Shown: positions 1 through 10,810 of the stretch, in pieces
How positions within the stretch are numbered: position 1 is the first letter of the stretch
Layout of the letters: each line of letters opens with the position of its first letter
Assembly (NCBI RefSeq): GCF_018977255.1
Contig: NW_024704765.1
Location: forward strand, 4,402,001-4,466,000
Direction of reading: 5' to 3'
DNA from: Callorhinchus milii
Lineage: Eukaryota
Length of the DNA: 64,000 bases
The notes under the pieces: generated by a model
Databases searched by the model: none
What the model was told of the DNA's origin: nothing
The model's input: the letters and a program-made list of their open reading frames with translations, nothing else
Translations under genes and position numbers: made by a program

Positions 1-885
1 CTCCGTAGCCTCCTTCAAGATCCACCTCAAAACCCTCCCCTTCGACCAAGCCATCAGTCACCCCCCGTCCCCTCCCCTCGCTTCTCCTCCACTGACCCCA
101 GCTCGGGTCTGAAATGCTGTATACTGTCCAGCGCCTTTGGAATTCATATCCACGTGAAAGGTGCTACACAAATGTAGTCTTGTTGTTGTTGTTTCTATCA
201 CATCTGTATCTATAGGCAATTGTAGCCTCGACTCATACCATTTGAGGGAGAAAAATCTGTCCCAAGACACTATCCTGAGTGAAGGACAACAACAGCAACA
301 CCAAATTACATTTGTATATATAGTATGTATATTGTATATATATATATAGGTGCTATACAAATATAATCTTGTTGTTGTTGTATAGTGACTTTCTCGTCGG
401 GAGGACGTCCTAAGGCGCTGGACACTAAATAGATGCGAGTTGTTGTTGTTGATGTTGGTTTTTCACCATATATATATCTTTTATGTATGTTTATTTCTTT
501 TCATTATTTTTAAAATTTTGGGGATCTTTGCGTTCGGTGAACATGCTTCATCCTGAATCTCCAGCAGGTAGCAGCAGAGGATCGGGTGGAGAGCAGATTC
601 ATGTTATCTGAAGATTCTTACATGTCAAAAAACATGGTCTCCAGATAAACTCATCCTGAAGCCAGGCTTAGAGATCAGTGCAACAAGGTGTCGCCTCAGG
701 TGCACTTCTCAGCTTCAACGAGAGTTGCTCCTATTGTTAAAATGGGAACTGATGGCCCAGGGTTGATAACCCTTTTCATATCCCTTCTTAACTTTTCATT
801 CATCATCAGCAAGGATGCCATGGATTTAACAAGAAAAAGCCGATCATGCTGTTCAACAACTGCACTGATGTTTCAGGATTTCTTT

Positions 886-1225
886 AATAATAACAATAAT
901 AATCCTTGCATTTGATCACTTCTTTACGACGTCTAAAAGAGCTTCACAGGATACACTGTAAAGTGAATTGACTGTATATTTTGTGGGCGAAATACAGCAG
1001 CCAATTGTGCACGGCAATGTCCCACAGACAACGGTGGATTGAGTGACCAAATTATTATTATAATTTTATTTTTATAAGGGATTAATACTCCTGGAAAAGC
1101 GATCTGCCAATCAACTAACAACTGGATTCCTACTAACTGCTAGGTAAACAGAGGCGTGTGGAGTAAGGAAACTTAACCAATGCTTCACCCTCTCCGGGAT
1201 ATCGAGGCAAGTGCTCTAACTAAGC
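886..1225 (-). mobile_element. tRNA-derived SINE, same family
   Basis: Same tail, body and degenerate head as 8043-8420. Confidence 0.75.
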
Positions 1226-2398
1226 TATATGACTCCACTTTAATGTAACTAAGTATGTTTCTTTGTGTTTTTGTGAGGATGGAATAGGCAAATATACATA
1301 CTTTACAGTGGAGCAAAAGGAGGAACTTATGCTGAACTTTCCCAATTCCAGCTGAGAAAAGAGATAGATCTCGGCCTGTGCATAGTTCTGGGCATCCCAT
1401 TTTAGGAAGGATGCCAATGTTATGAAGAGATGACAGAGGAGATTCACTTCGATGAGAATCATACTTGTGAGGAAAGACTAGAGAAACAGAGGCTGTTTTC
1501 ACTCAAACAAACAAGTTGAAAAAGGATCTGATAGAGCTGTTCCGAATTATGAAGTGGTGGGGGGAAAGATAAGACTTTTTTTTAAATCTGAGGGATCGTT
1601 GGCCAGGATACTAGGAGAAACTCCCTTCTGTTTACAAATAGTGCTGCAACATCTTTAACATTCACCTGAACAGCCAGGTGGAACCCTGGTGAATGATCAG
1701 TTCATCTGGAAGGTTGTTGGCCAGAACATGGGGAAAATCTCCCTGCTATTTTTCAGTTGGGTTGTAGGACCTTTAATGTCCACCTCCTCTACCGGCACGG
1801 ATGGGAACTTGGCATAAAGGCTCATCCAAGGGCTGATACCTTTGACAATGCGGCATTCACCCAGAACTGCTCTGGAATGTCATCTTGAGCTGTGAGCTCA
1901 GGGTCAGGCGTCAAGCTTGAACCCTACATAAGTGCAGGAGGTTGGAAGGAAAATGGCTAACTTCCCTCCCTCCCTAGACAACAAAAATAAATTGTCAAAT
2001 ACTCTTCTATTAAGTTGCTGCCATATTTAATTTAAAAAATACAAATTATAAATGTGACCAGGGAGCAGGTTGTGACTTCAGTCCCGCAACACTACAAACC
2101 AGGGAGCAAACACCTTCATAAACTGTCATCAGTTAACATTACAAAAATACATTCGAACCTTCTGTATAACCCAAGCTGTCAATATGACAGTTCATCAATT
2201 TGTAATTACCACAAAAGAAAATCAATTTCCTTCATTATGAAGGTTTGACATCCACAAATTGTCCAGGTATTTTACAAAAGAAAAGTCAGGACATTTACAT
2301 TTACGGAGAGCACATCTCTCCTACAGCACAGCATGCAACCACTCTCTAGCGAGGGAATGGTGGTTGAGGTATGAGGGGAGAGAGAGAGAGAGGTCTGT

Positions 2399-3850
2399 TC
2401 AGCTCTGCCAGGGTCTCCAGAGAGCACGGACGCTGGGCTGGGAGCTGTGCGTGACAGAGTCCTGACAGGACTTGCTGTGCGGAGGGCAAACAGTGCAGTA
2501 ATGTGGCTCCTCTCCCGCTCCCTGTAATGCCTGCAGTAAGTTGCGAACGCCTGGTGTCCTGGTCTCTGGCAACGACAGAAAGTGCAGCGTCTTCTGTAGA
2601 CAGCGAGAGTAGCCGGCCTTATAGTCCTGCAGAGGGTTTGGCGTCTGGCAATCAGCTGCTGTGAGAGAGAAACAGTCAAACGTTATAATAATAATAAAAT
2701 AATAATAATAATCCTTACATTTGATATAGTGCCTTAGCTTGTCTCAAAGCACTTCACGGAATATACCGTAAAGTGTATTTTGTGGACAAAACTATGTATA
2801 TGTCTTTATGTATAAGTAGACTAATAGACAAATGTTCCTATGTACTGTATAATGTTTATGTCTTTACGTATAAAGCTCCAGCTCATTCACAGACAAGTGT
2901 ATCTACCATCCAGGAACCAGACTACCAAAACTGCCACAGAAGGCTGGCTTGATTCTGACATTCTGTTGCCGAACGTGTCACCCCGGAGCCAATTCAGCTC
3001 CAAGGAGACCTTCTTTACTTTCCTCCCCCCAGGAGAATTTTTTCTCCTGGAGAATTTTTTCTCCTGGGGGGAGGAATGACTAATTGGTCATTTGACATCT
3101 GAGAAGCGCGGGTTTGATCCTCATTAGATGAATGATAGATACGAGTAAAGGTCTGGGAGCTTCCTGGTGGGCAACGCAGCTCAGCATGAAATAGGTGAGA
3201 GCTTTGCCAACATCTTCCTGTCCGCAGCTGGGACACGAATACCTTCCCATCAGGCACTGGCTGGTCAGTTAGCCTTCAGTTGCAATCACACAGTGCGCAG
3301 TCAGTGCCGGCGGAGGCAACGTGTGGAAGACAGACACTCACCGAGCTCGGGGTTGTGTTGCAGGTAGCTGAGTGTGCTCTCCAGGATGACCGCCTTCTCC
3401 AGTTTGCAGTTTGCTCGCTCATTCTGTAACTGTGTCCCCAGTAACTGCTTCAGTTGGGCGATGCTCTGGTTGATGCGATCCCGTCGCCTCTTCTCCACCA
3501 TCGGCTTCATCAGCTGCACAGACACACAGAGAAACATGACCGTCAGCAACTCTGACCCCCAACACAAGACACTCACTGGCAGCATTTACACTCTTTATTA
3601 GGGACACAATTGCCCCCCAACAGCTGTCAGACACCCACAAATAAGACTCTGAGTAACAATTACTGTTAAATGGCAATCAGACCGCACGCGCACACAATGC
3701 CCTCGTTCCCTCCCAAACTGTTGTGGTTTCAAACGGAATCCAGTTGAAGTGGCTTCGCTGCCTCTCACTTACTCTGCATTTCTCTTTGGCTGTCAGTGGA
3801 CCCTGACACCGGCCTCTGCTCAGATACTCCACACGGGCGCTGGGAGCCAT
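2399..3850 (-). CDS. hes5: HES5-like bHLH-Orange-WRPW transcriptional repressor, copy 1 (intact, 169 aa)
   Basis: Exons 3850-3773 (MAPSARVEYLSRGRCQGPLTAKEKCR), 3513-3342 (LMKPMVEKRRRDRINQSIAQLKQLLG...KLEKAVILE) and 2658-2399 (Orange QDYKAGYSRCLQKTLHFLS ... LWRPWQS*). GT/AG junctions keep frame (510 nt). The MAPS..LT.KEK.R/L.KP.VEK.RRDRIN start and 3-exon layout resemble HES5, not HES3. Exact paralogue name uncertain. Confidence 0.85.
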
Positions 3851-3914
3851 CGGTGCCAGTCTGGCCAGGAGCAGAGCAGGGAGCGAGTGTGAGTGGTACT
3901 GCCTGGTGCAGGGC

Positions 3915-4003
3915 ATTTAAAGCCCCTGTATTTAAAGCCCATGATTAGCATCTGAGTGCGTGAGGCTCTGCCTTCCCACAGGTTCCCACACTCGGCCACC
4001 AAT
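3915..4003 (-). promoter_or_regulatory. Proximal promoter of hes5-like copy 1: CSL/RBPJ sites, CCAAT, TATA-like
   Basis: TGTGGGAA x2 (3983-3990, 3973-3980), inverted CGTGAGGC (3959-3966), CCAAT at ~3999-4003 and TTTAAATA. The block recurs upstream of all four hes copies. Confidence 0.75.
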
Positions 4004-4424
4004 CCCCGGTCTCAGGGGGACAGTGAGTGATGGCTCCATTATTTCAACTTCTATTGACCGCTGGCTCTGGTTAAACACATTGCCTGATGGCAGTTTGAGT
4101 CTGTGGGAGACAAGGTTCAATAGCCAGAGTCCGGGGTCTCCCTGCAAGATCCTGGGAAACCCCGGGGTCAAAGCCTTCCCACCAAATCCACTGTCTGTCA
4201 TATTGTTTTGCAATTATTGTTCTGTTTTTGCTCCCTTGAATACTTAAATTCTTAATTCAACCTGCCCTGCACAGCATGTTGTTCAATTGCCTTTAGAGTG
4301 AAGGGTCTCATCTGACAAGAGGGCTTGAAGCCCTACTTCAGGCTGGGATTTCTGTGCTGGTTGAGGAATCCTCTGCTACATTGTCCAAAAGGGCTGTCTC
4401 AATATTGAGATAGTTTTATCAGTA

Positions 4425-4805
4425 CAACAATAACTTGATTCATATAGCGCCCCTAATGCAGGGTAGTATCCCAGAGCGCTCGACAGTGGCAGAGCACGAA
4501 GCCTACCCGGGGGGAAAGAAGGGTGACTATAGCCACGGACAAAGAGGAAGGTCTTCAGGTGTGATCTGAAAATGGGGAAGGAAAGGACAAGTTGGAGGGA
4601 TAGTGGAAGAGTGTTCCAGAGTTTTGGGGCGTAGTGGCTGAAAGCGCAGCCGATGATGGTGGAATGTAGGGCATGAGGGACACGGAAGAGGCCGGAGCCA
4701 GTCGAGCGGTGGGTTGGGGAGGTAAGCAGGTCGGAGAACTAAGGAGTAGCCGGGGCATGAAGGGATTTGAAAATGAGGTGTGAGGATCTTGAAACCTATC
4801 CGTTT
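4425..4805 (-). mobile_element. Degenerate L2-like 3' fragment
   Basis: The reverse complement carries TTCAAGATCCTC, GCTTTCAGCC..CTCTGGAAC and the GGCGCTATAT tail. Confidence 0.6.
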
Positions 4806-5516
4806 GGCTAGAGCAGTGGTTATCTTCCTTGGGGTGGGGGCAAAGTGGGTCTCTTTGGGCCTGGATTCAACGGACCAAAAATTTCCACAGGCCTAGCTAA
4901 GGACTTCTGCTAAGTCAACTCTCCTGGCACCCATCAACACTGCGCTCAGAAGCCCCTCTGCCCTTGCTGGCCTTCATAGCAGCCAGGGAGACCAACTTTG
5001 ATTCTGATTGTTTGAATCCCAGGAGCAGAAAATAGCTTCTCCGCTATCTGGGATTCAAACAATTACAATGCCAGTACCGGCATTTACCAGTATTTTCGAA
5101 AAATACTTATATTATCTGGGGTATAGGTGTATTCCAGGACAATGTTGATGATGGATCAACAACAACAACTTGCATTTATATTGTGCCCTTCACGCTGGGT
5201 AGCATCTCAGAGCGCTTGACTCAGCGTAGCTCAATGGCAGACCAATTACTGGGGATGAGATTCTTCCCGCTCGGCTCCTGATAACTCTGCAAGCCAAAGC
5301 CTTGACAGGTAGTGTAGTCTTCACTGGGCAAGTGTGAAGCATCTTCCCCTGACATCCTGCCTTGCAGACCTGGGCTAACACTCCAACCCTAACAAAAACT
5401 CCCCTGAAAAGCAACATCTGCCGCAGTAGCGTAGCTGCCTGCTGTAAGATTGGTCAATAAAACATTCTTGGTTTCAGTCACAGGTGGCAAAGAGAGTGCC
5501 TCTAAGTGGTGCCTCA

Positions 5517-5710
5517 GTGGAGCAGTGTGCCTTTAAGTGACGGTGTTGTTCGCACAGTTCCACAATGAAGAGTTTCAGTGGCAAACCATCCACACTATTG
5601 TTCCTCTCAATGAGGTTTTTCTTTTGTGAAGAGAGCACAGCTGTGGAGCTGAAGCCTCTAATCTGCTGCTCGTGGGAAACATGCTGCACCAGCCCTCTCA
5701 CACTCTCCGT
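5517..5710. promoter_or_regulatory. Candidate distal Notch-responsive enhancer, duplicated at 10628-10810
   Basis: CTATTGTT (SOX-like) 5595-5602, CAGCTG 5638-5643, TAATCT 5659-5664, CGTGGGAA 5671-5678 + 16 bp + CTCTCACA 5695-5702. The same motifs occur in the paralogous block. Confidence 0.6.
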
Positions 5711-7705
5711 CAAATTCTGCCTGTCTTTGCACTTAAGGCAGAATGGCACAGAAATAATTGTTCCAATGAGTATGATTCTTCCCGATGAAGTTCTTCTCCC
5801 TGCGTTTTATATCTTATTTGAGCCTGGATCAGATTTTTTTTAATCATTATTTTTTCTCTCCCTGTTGAATACATCTCATCTGTTTAAGGACAAATCAACC
5901 AGAGTTGCCTCACCTAATCACTAACCCCACCCCACCCCCAACACCCAACACACGCACGCATGCCATGGAGTACATGCATGGTTAGATGTCTGGCAATGAC
6001 ACAGGAACATGGTCAGTGCACAAAGTCAGGTATCCTGCCCACACTCACTAGGCTTAGACACGAAGAGTGTCACAGGATAGGAGGTGGGCGTGGGTGGGAG
6101 GGTGGAGGGGCTTAGCGGAGGTTAATCAGCGCCAGATTGGCTAACAGACGGGGTGTTAAACTGTGGCTTTGCTGTGCTGTTCGGCTGGGTTTCACATGAG
6201 GAAAATCTTTTCATCATGCAGTCATTTGAAATTAAGGCAGGAAAGCAAGTATCTGAGATGACCAGGTTAGTGCTAAGCACCTCTTCCACATGTTTCCCAA
6301 ACTCAGACGCCAATCACTGCATTCAGCCACAAACACTATATCAAATGCAAGGTTATTATTATTATTATTACATGGGCATACCGAGGCCAATTGGAGTTCC
6401 ACCACTTCCCCAAGTGACAGCCTCCCTCTTCACCTTTGAACCTCTGCATTGATACACTTGGAAAACTTTAAGGAACTTTGTCATCAACAGTGGAAAGACC
6501 TAAAGGAGGAATTCCTTCCTGCACACTTTGTGATCTGAATTTAAGGATGGTGGGGAATGGGTCAGTTTACTCTTAATATACCACAGTTATATTCCAGAGG
6601 ATGTTCACAAGTTTTGTGTGTGTTTTTCTTGTGATTCTTATATTCTTAAACTAAATTTTAGTTCCTTTAGTTCTTTCATTTTTCTTCCAATTGTTTTGTT
6701 TTGTTTCTTCTCCAGAAGCCATCAGACTATTTATGGTTCTGCAATTACCCTCCAGTACCTCGCAAAAGCTTATTAAGTAACCTGGAAAAGAAACTGTCCC
6801 TATTGATTTCTGATTTAATTAGCCCCCGTCCCCCCAAATAAAGACTGAATCCCATGAGTTTAAACCCAAACCACCTTGGTACAGTATAAAATATCCCTCA
6901 CATTGTTTCAAAATTATTTTATTTATCCATCCTAGTTTATAACAACAACAAGAACAACTTTCATGTATATCGCACCCTGTAACATGCGGAATCATAAAAC
7001 AAAAACAGTATTTGCAAAGTATAAAACATTTCATGCAAAACCACATCTCTTGATCACAACAGTCAATTTTGCATTCACTGACCCTCTCAGTCTTCGTGCG
7101 GGAAGTATGGTGAGGATGAGAAAGAATGTGTCTCATGACCTTTCTAATTTTCTCCCCTTCTCCCCTAAAGGTACCAACATGAACTAGACATTCGATCTAC
7201 AGGTCCCTCCCTGTCTCAAGTGACCTTTTTTCATGCGCCAGTAAGACAGTGAGTGTTGATATGATATTCAACCATGAGGTGCATTCCAACCAAGGCGGAT
7301 CTGGTCTGATATCCACAAGCATGACCTTGACCAGCAGGCAATAGTGATCAGGAGAGGGAACCCTCTGGCTAAATCTCAGCCCCTGTGATTACAGGGTCTT
7401 TCTATTGCGTCCAATTAGCCACAGTTGTGGCACGTTGCTGATTTAAATCCTACTCTCAGTTCTATATTCACACTCATAGTTCATCTGGGGATACGGAGGC
7501 TTATCTGTCTGCAACAAATAAGCCACCTGGATCCGTGCTATTGGTGCCTGACTCAGCTAGGGAAACAGGATTTGTGTGACTTAGCATCAGGGCAATAAAT
7601 ACTCATCATCTCACTGGCGACATTTGCAAATGATGGACACACTGAAAACCAACCCCACTGAGCTGACACCTCCAAAAGTTCCTAAGTCTCTACATTTCAC
7701 AGACA

Positions 7706-9320
7706 TTACACATCACAAAGAGCAGGATTCTGGGTCCAACTGAAGCAGCTTTTTGAGAGAGGGAGTGTATGTGCAAAGCCTTTCAACTCTGTCTGGATCT
7801 GCTGAGTATTGGAGTGACACGGTCCCTCTTCCACACTTTCCTTCAGCACTTCCAGAGTTGCTGCCATCTTGGGTTGACCACAAGTGTCGGATCTCTTGCA
7901 CACACTTGTTGTGTATCGCTTGAATTTATTCGGCTGGTGGGATGCTGCAATCAACCAAAAAGAAAGAGATTTGTGAATGAAATGCTAGCATTATTACAGG
8001 GGTTACTTCCCAAATCTAACTATTAACAGCAATGATTGAAATTATAATAATAATCCTTGTATTTGATAAAGTGCCTTATCACGTCTTCAAGACGTCTCAA
8101 AGCGCTTCACAGAATATACTGTAAAATGAATTGACAGCATATTTTGTGGGCGAAATGCGGCAGCCAATTGCACACAGCAGCGTCCCACAAACAGCCGTGG
8201 ATTGAGTGACCAAATTACTATTTATTTATTTTTGAAGGGATTATTAGCCCCGCAAAAGCAATCCGCCAATCGACTAACAATCGGGTTCCTACGTACTGCT
8301 GGGTAAACAGAGGCGTGTGTGGAGTGAGGAAACTTGCCCAACGTTTCACTTGCCGGGAATCGAACCCAGGGCTCTCGCTTGCGAAGCGAGTGCTCTAACC
8401 ACTGAGCTACAGGACTCCACAATGCCATTTCTTGTCACAATCTAAGGAGCACTTGAGGAATTGGAAGCTTACTCTGAACTCAGGGCGTGTGCCAGCCTCG
8501 GTGCTGCTTCATTTCCATGATGACAGCTTCCTCCAGTTTGCCGAGTGCTCCATGTTCCTCTCCACCAACTTCTTCAGCTGAGTGATGCTGTCGTTTATAC
8601 GATCTCTGCAGCTCTTTTCAATGATGATTGGCTTCATCAACTGTAATGAAGCAAAAAAAAGACATTGATTGAATTGTCATCAAAATAATTTCCCTCCCTC
8701 TCCCCATGCATTATTCTCGCTTGAGGATGTAGACTATTGTCTTGGAGGATAGTTACAGTATCTTTCCCAGTCGTCTTGATGTGTTAAATCAGACGATGAG
8801 TGTTGGTAGAATATTTAACCACAGAGGCATCACAGCTGAACCCAACCCTTACCTCTCCCCCTGCCATAATGCATACAGCAACGAGAGATCTAAAATGTGT
8901 TCAGGAACTGGAACATTTTCACTGATTCCCCCCCCACTCCCCTTTATAATTCGCAATCAGCAAACTCAGCACCAAACAGGATTGTAACTAATAACAATAA
9001 TAATAATCATTGCATTTGATGTAGCGCTTTATCATGTCTTTGAGACAGCTCAAAACGCTTAACAGAATATACTATAAAGTGATTTAACTGTATATTTTGC
9101 AGGCAAAATGAGACCTTCTGGGATCTGGCTGTCTGTACTTACCCACTGATCCATCAGAGGAACCTTTATTAAAAACTTTACATTTTAGTTTAGCTCTAGA
9201 AGTGACGCATTTACACTCCATATTATTTGGAAAATCTGAACTTACTCTACATTTCTCTTTGGCTGTCAGCCTGGAGTACTCTCCGATTAGCAGGAGATCA
9301 GCAGGGGCACTTGGAGCCAT
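7706..9320 (-). pseudogene. HES5-like copy 2, degenerate pseudogene
   Basis: Exon 1 9320-9246 MAPSAPADLLLIGEYSRLTAKEKCR. Exon 2 8640-8473 LMKPIIIEKSCRDRINDSITQLKKLV..., then a frameshift before KLEEAVIME and an in-frame TGA at 8509-8511. Putative exon 3 from 7944 with an Orange-like relic (HNKCVQEIRHLWS) and no WRPW. 3' boundary approximate. Confidence 0.75.
8043..8420 (-). mobile_element. Full-length tRNA-derived SINE (abundant family in this window)
   Basis: Head GTAGCTCAGTGGTTAGAGCACTCGC..GGTTCGATTCC (A/B boxes), body GGGCAAGTTTCC..GCCTCTGTTTACCCAGCAG, tail GAAGCGCTTTGAGACGTC..AAATGCAAGG(ATT)n. Confidence 0.88.
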
Positions 9321-9409
9321 TGCGCTAAGACTGGATAGGAGCAAAGAATTCTGATCTGGACGTCGCTGGTGCTGCCTCTTGCAGGTCTGAAGACTTCAGC
9401 CCCAAAACT

Positions 9410-9665
9410 CCTGTATTTAAAGCCTGTGATTAGCATCTCAGTGCGTGAGGCTCTGCCTATCCACAGGTTCCCACACTCGGCCGCCAATCCCCGGTCTCAG
9501 GGGGACAGTGAGTGATGGCTCCATTATTTCAAGCTCTATTGACCATTGGCTTTGGTTAAACACATTGCCTGGTGAGCAGGTGGAGTATGTGTGAGCCAGG
9601 GTTCATTGCTGGAGACTGAGGACTCCCTGCAAAATCCTGGGAAAACCTGAGGTCAGAGCCTTCCC
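9410..9665 (-). promoter_or_regulatory. Promoter of hes5-like copy 2
   Basis: TGTGGGAA 9468-9475 intact, inner site mutated (9458-9465), CGTGAGGC 9444-9451. Upstream sequence is homologous to 3990-4185. Confidence 0.65.
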
Positions 9666-10627
9666 ATTCTGGGAGAATGTTGGCCACGGGTAATAAGTGA
9701 GGTCAGACACACGTTGCTGTGGTATTTCATTGATGCAAGTCAAAGAGCTGCAAAGAAGAAACCAATCCAACAACATCCTGACAGCAGGCCCTTATCCGCA
9801 CGTACACCCAGTTCCCCATGACCTTTCATTTAGCTCTTTTCTTTAACCTAAAGAAGACACAATTCAGGCATCCTCCCCAGCTCTCAATATAAAGTGTTGG
9901 TAAACCTAACTATTGTATTCAGGAATATGATTCTTATCAAGTCCAACTTCTGCTTACTGAGAGACTATAGTTAAGTGCAGCAACATTTTGTAGGAAAACA
10001 CAGCAGTCAACAAGAGCAAGAACCCACAAACAGCTAAGGTTATGCACGGATTATTATTATGAGGCAATAATCCGATTAATCTAGAGATTGTTGACCAACA
10101 ACTTTTAAAATCCAACTGAAGTTGTTTCTAAATGATCAAGGACATATTTGCAAATGTTAGCAAACAGAGACCGGTTCCTGTAGTTAGCTAACAATAGCAG
10201 TACATAGCAAACCTCGTGAAGAGGAATAATAAATAATCCTTATATTTCATAAATAGTCCTTATATTTGATACAGCGCCTTTCACGTTGAGAGGATGTCTT
10301 ACAGCTCTTGATAGGATTTACTAAACGTATAGTGACTGTGTATTTTCCAGGTGAGAGAGCTATTATACAGCAGAGGAATTGCACATAGCAATGTCCCACA
10401 AACACAGATGAAGTGCATGAACAATTTTACCAGGCGGATTGTTGGTCAGGGTATACCTTTCTCTTTTCGAATGGAGCCATGTCCACCTGAAGAGCCAGTA
10501 ACTGGGAAAGAATGAGTTAAGAGTAGTAGCGATGAGCCTTTATTTTAATACAGTGAGAATGTATTGGTGCTTGGGAGGAAAGTTCAGATGAGCAATGACA
10601 ATAGTGGTATCAATTTAAAGAAGGAGA

Positions 10628-10810
10628 ATGGAGCAGTGTGTCTTTAAGTGGTGTTGGAGTTTGTTCAGCTTCACAGTAAAGAGTCTCAGTAGCTCTATTG
10701 TTCCTCTCAATGAGGCTTCTCTTTTGTGAGGAGAGCACAGCTGTGGAACTGGAGTCCCTCTAATCTACTGCTCGTGGGAAACACACTGCTCTGGTCCTCT
10801 CACACTCCCC
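10628..10810. promoter_or_regulatory. Candidate distal enhancer, paralogue of 5517-5710
   Basis: CTATTGTT 10695-10702, CAGCTG 10738-10743, TAATCT 10761-10766, CGTGGGAA 10773-10780 + 16 bp + CTCTCACA 10797-10804. Confidence 0.6.

Noticed and set aside
520-880. Non-repetitive segment with a 75-aa ORF
   Set aside because: No recognisable homology or consistent splice signals.
1262-1555. Possible exon-like sequence (also 11500-11830, 12780-13500)
   Set aside because: Matches decayed CR1 reverse-transcriptase relics (HFRKD, RRFT, VDVIYLEFGKAFDTVP) with stops.
2399-2419. Residues after WRPW (WRPWQS) as a novel feature
   Set aside because: Short tails after WRPW occur in known HES proteins (e.g. 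HES1 WRPWRN).
8340-8420. tRNA-like sequences (also ~36100-36166, 57800-57865, 63203-63275)
   Set aside because: They continue into a shared SINE body and tail and lack a convincing acceptor stem; these are SINE heads, not tRNA genes.
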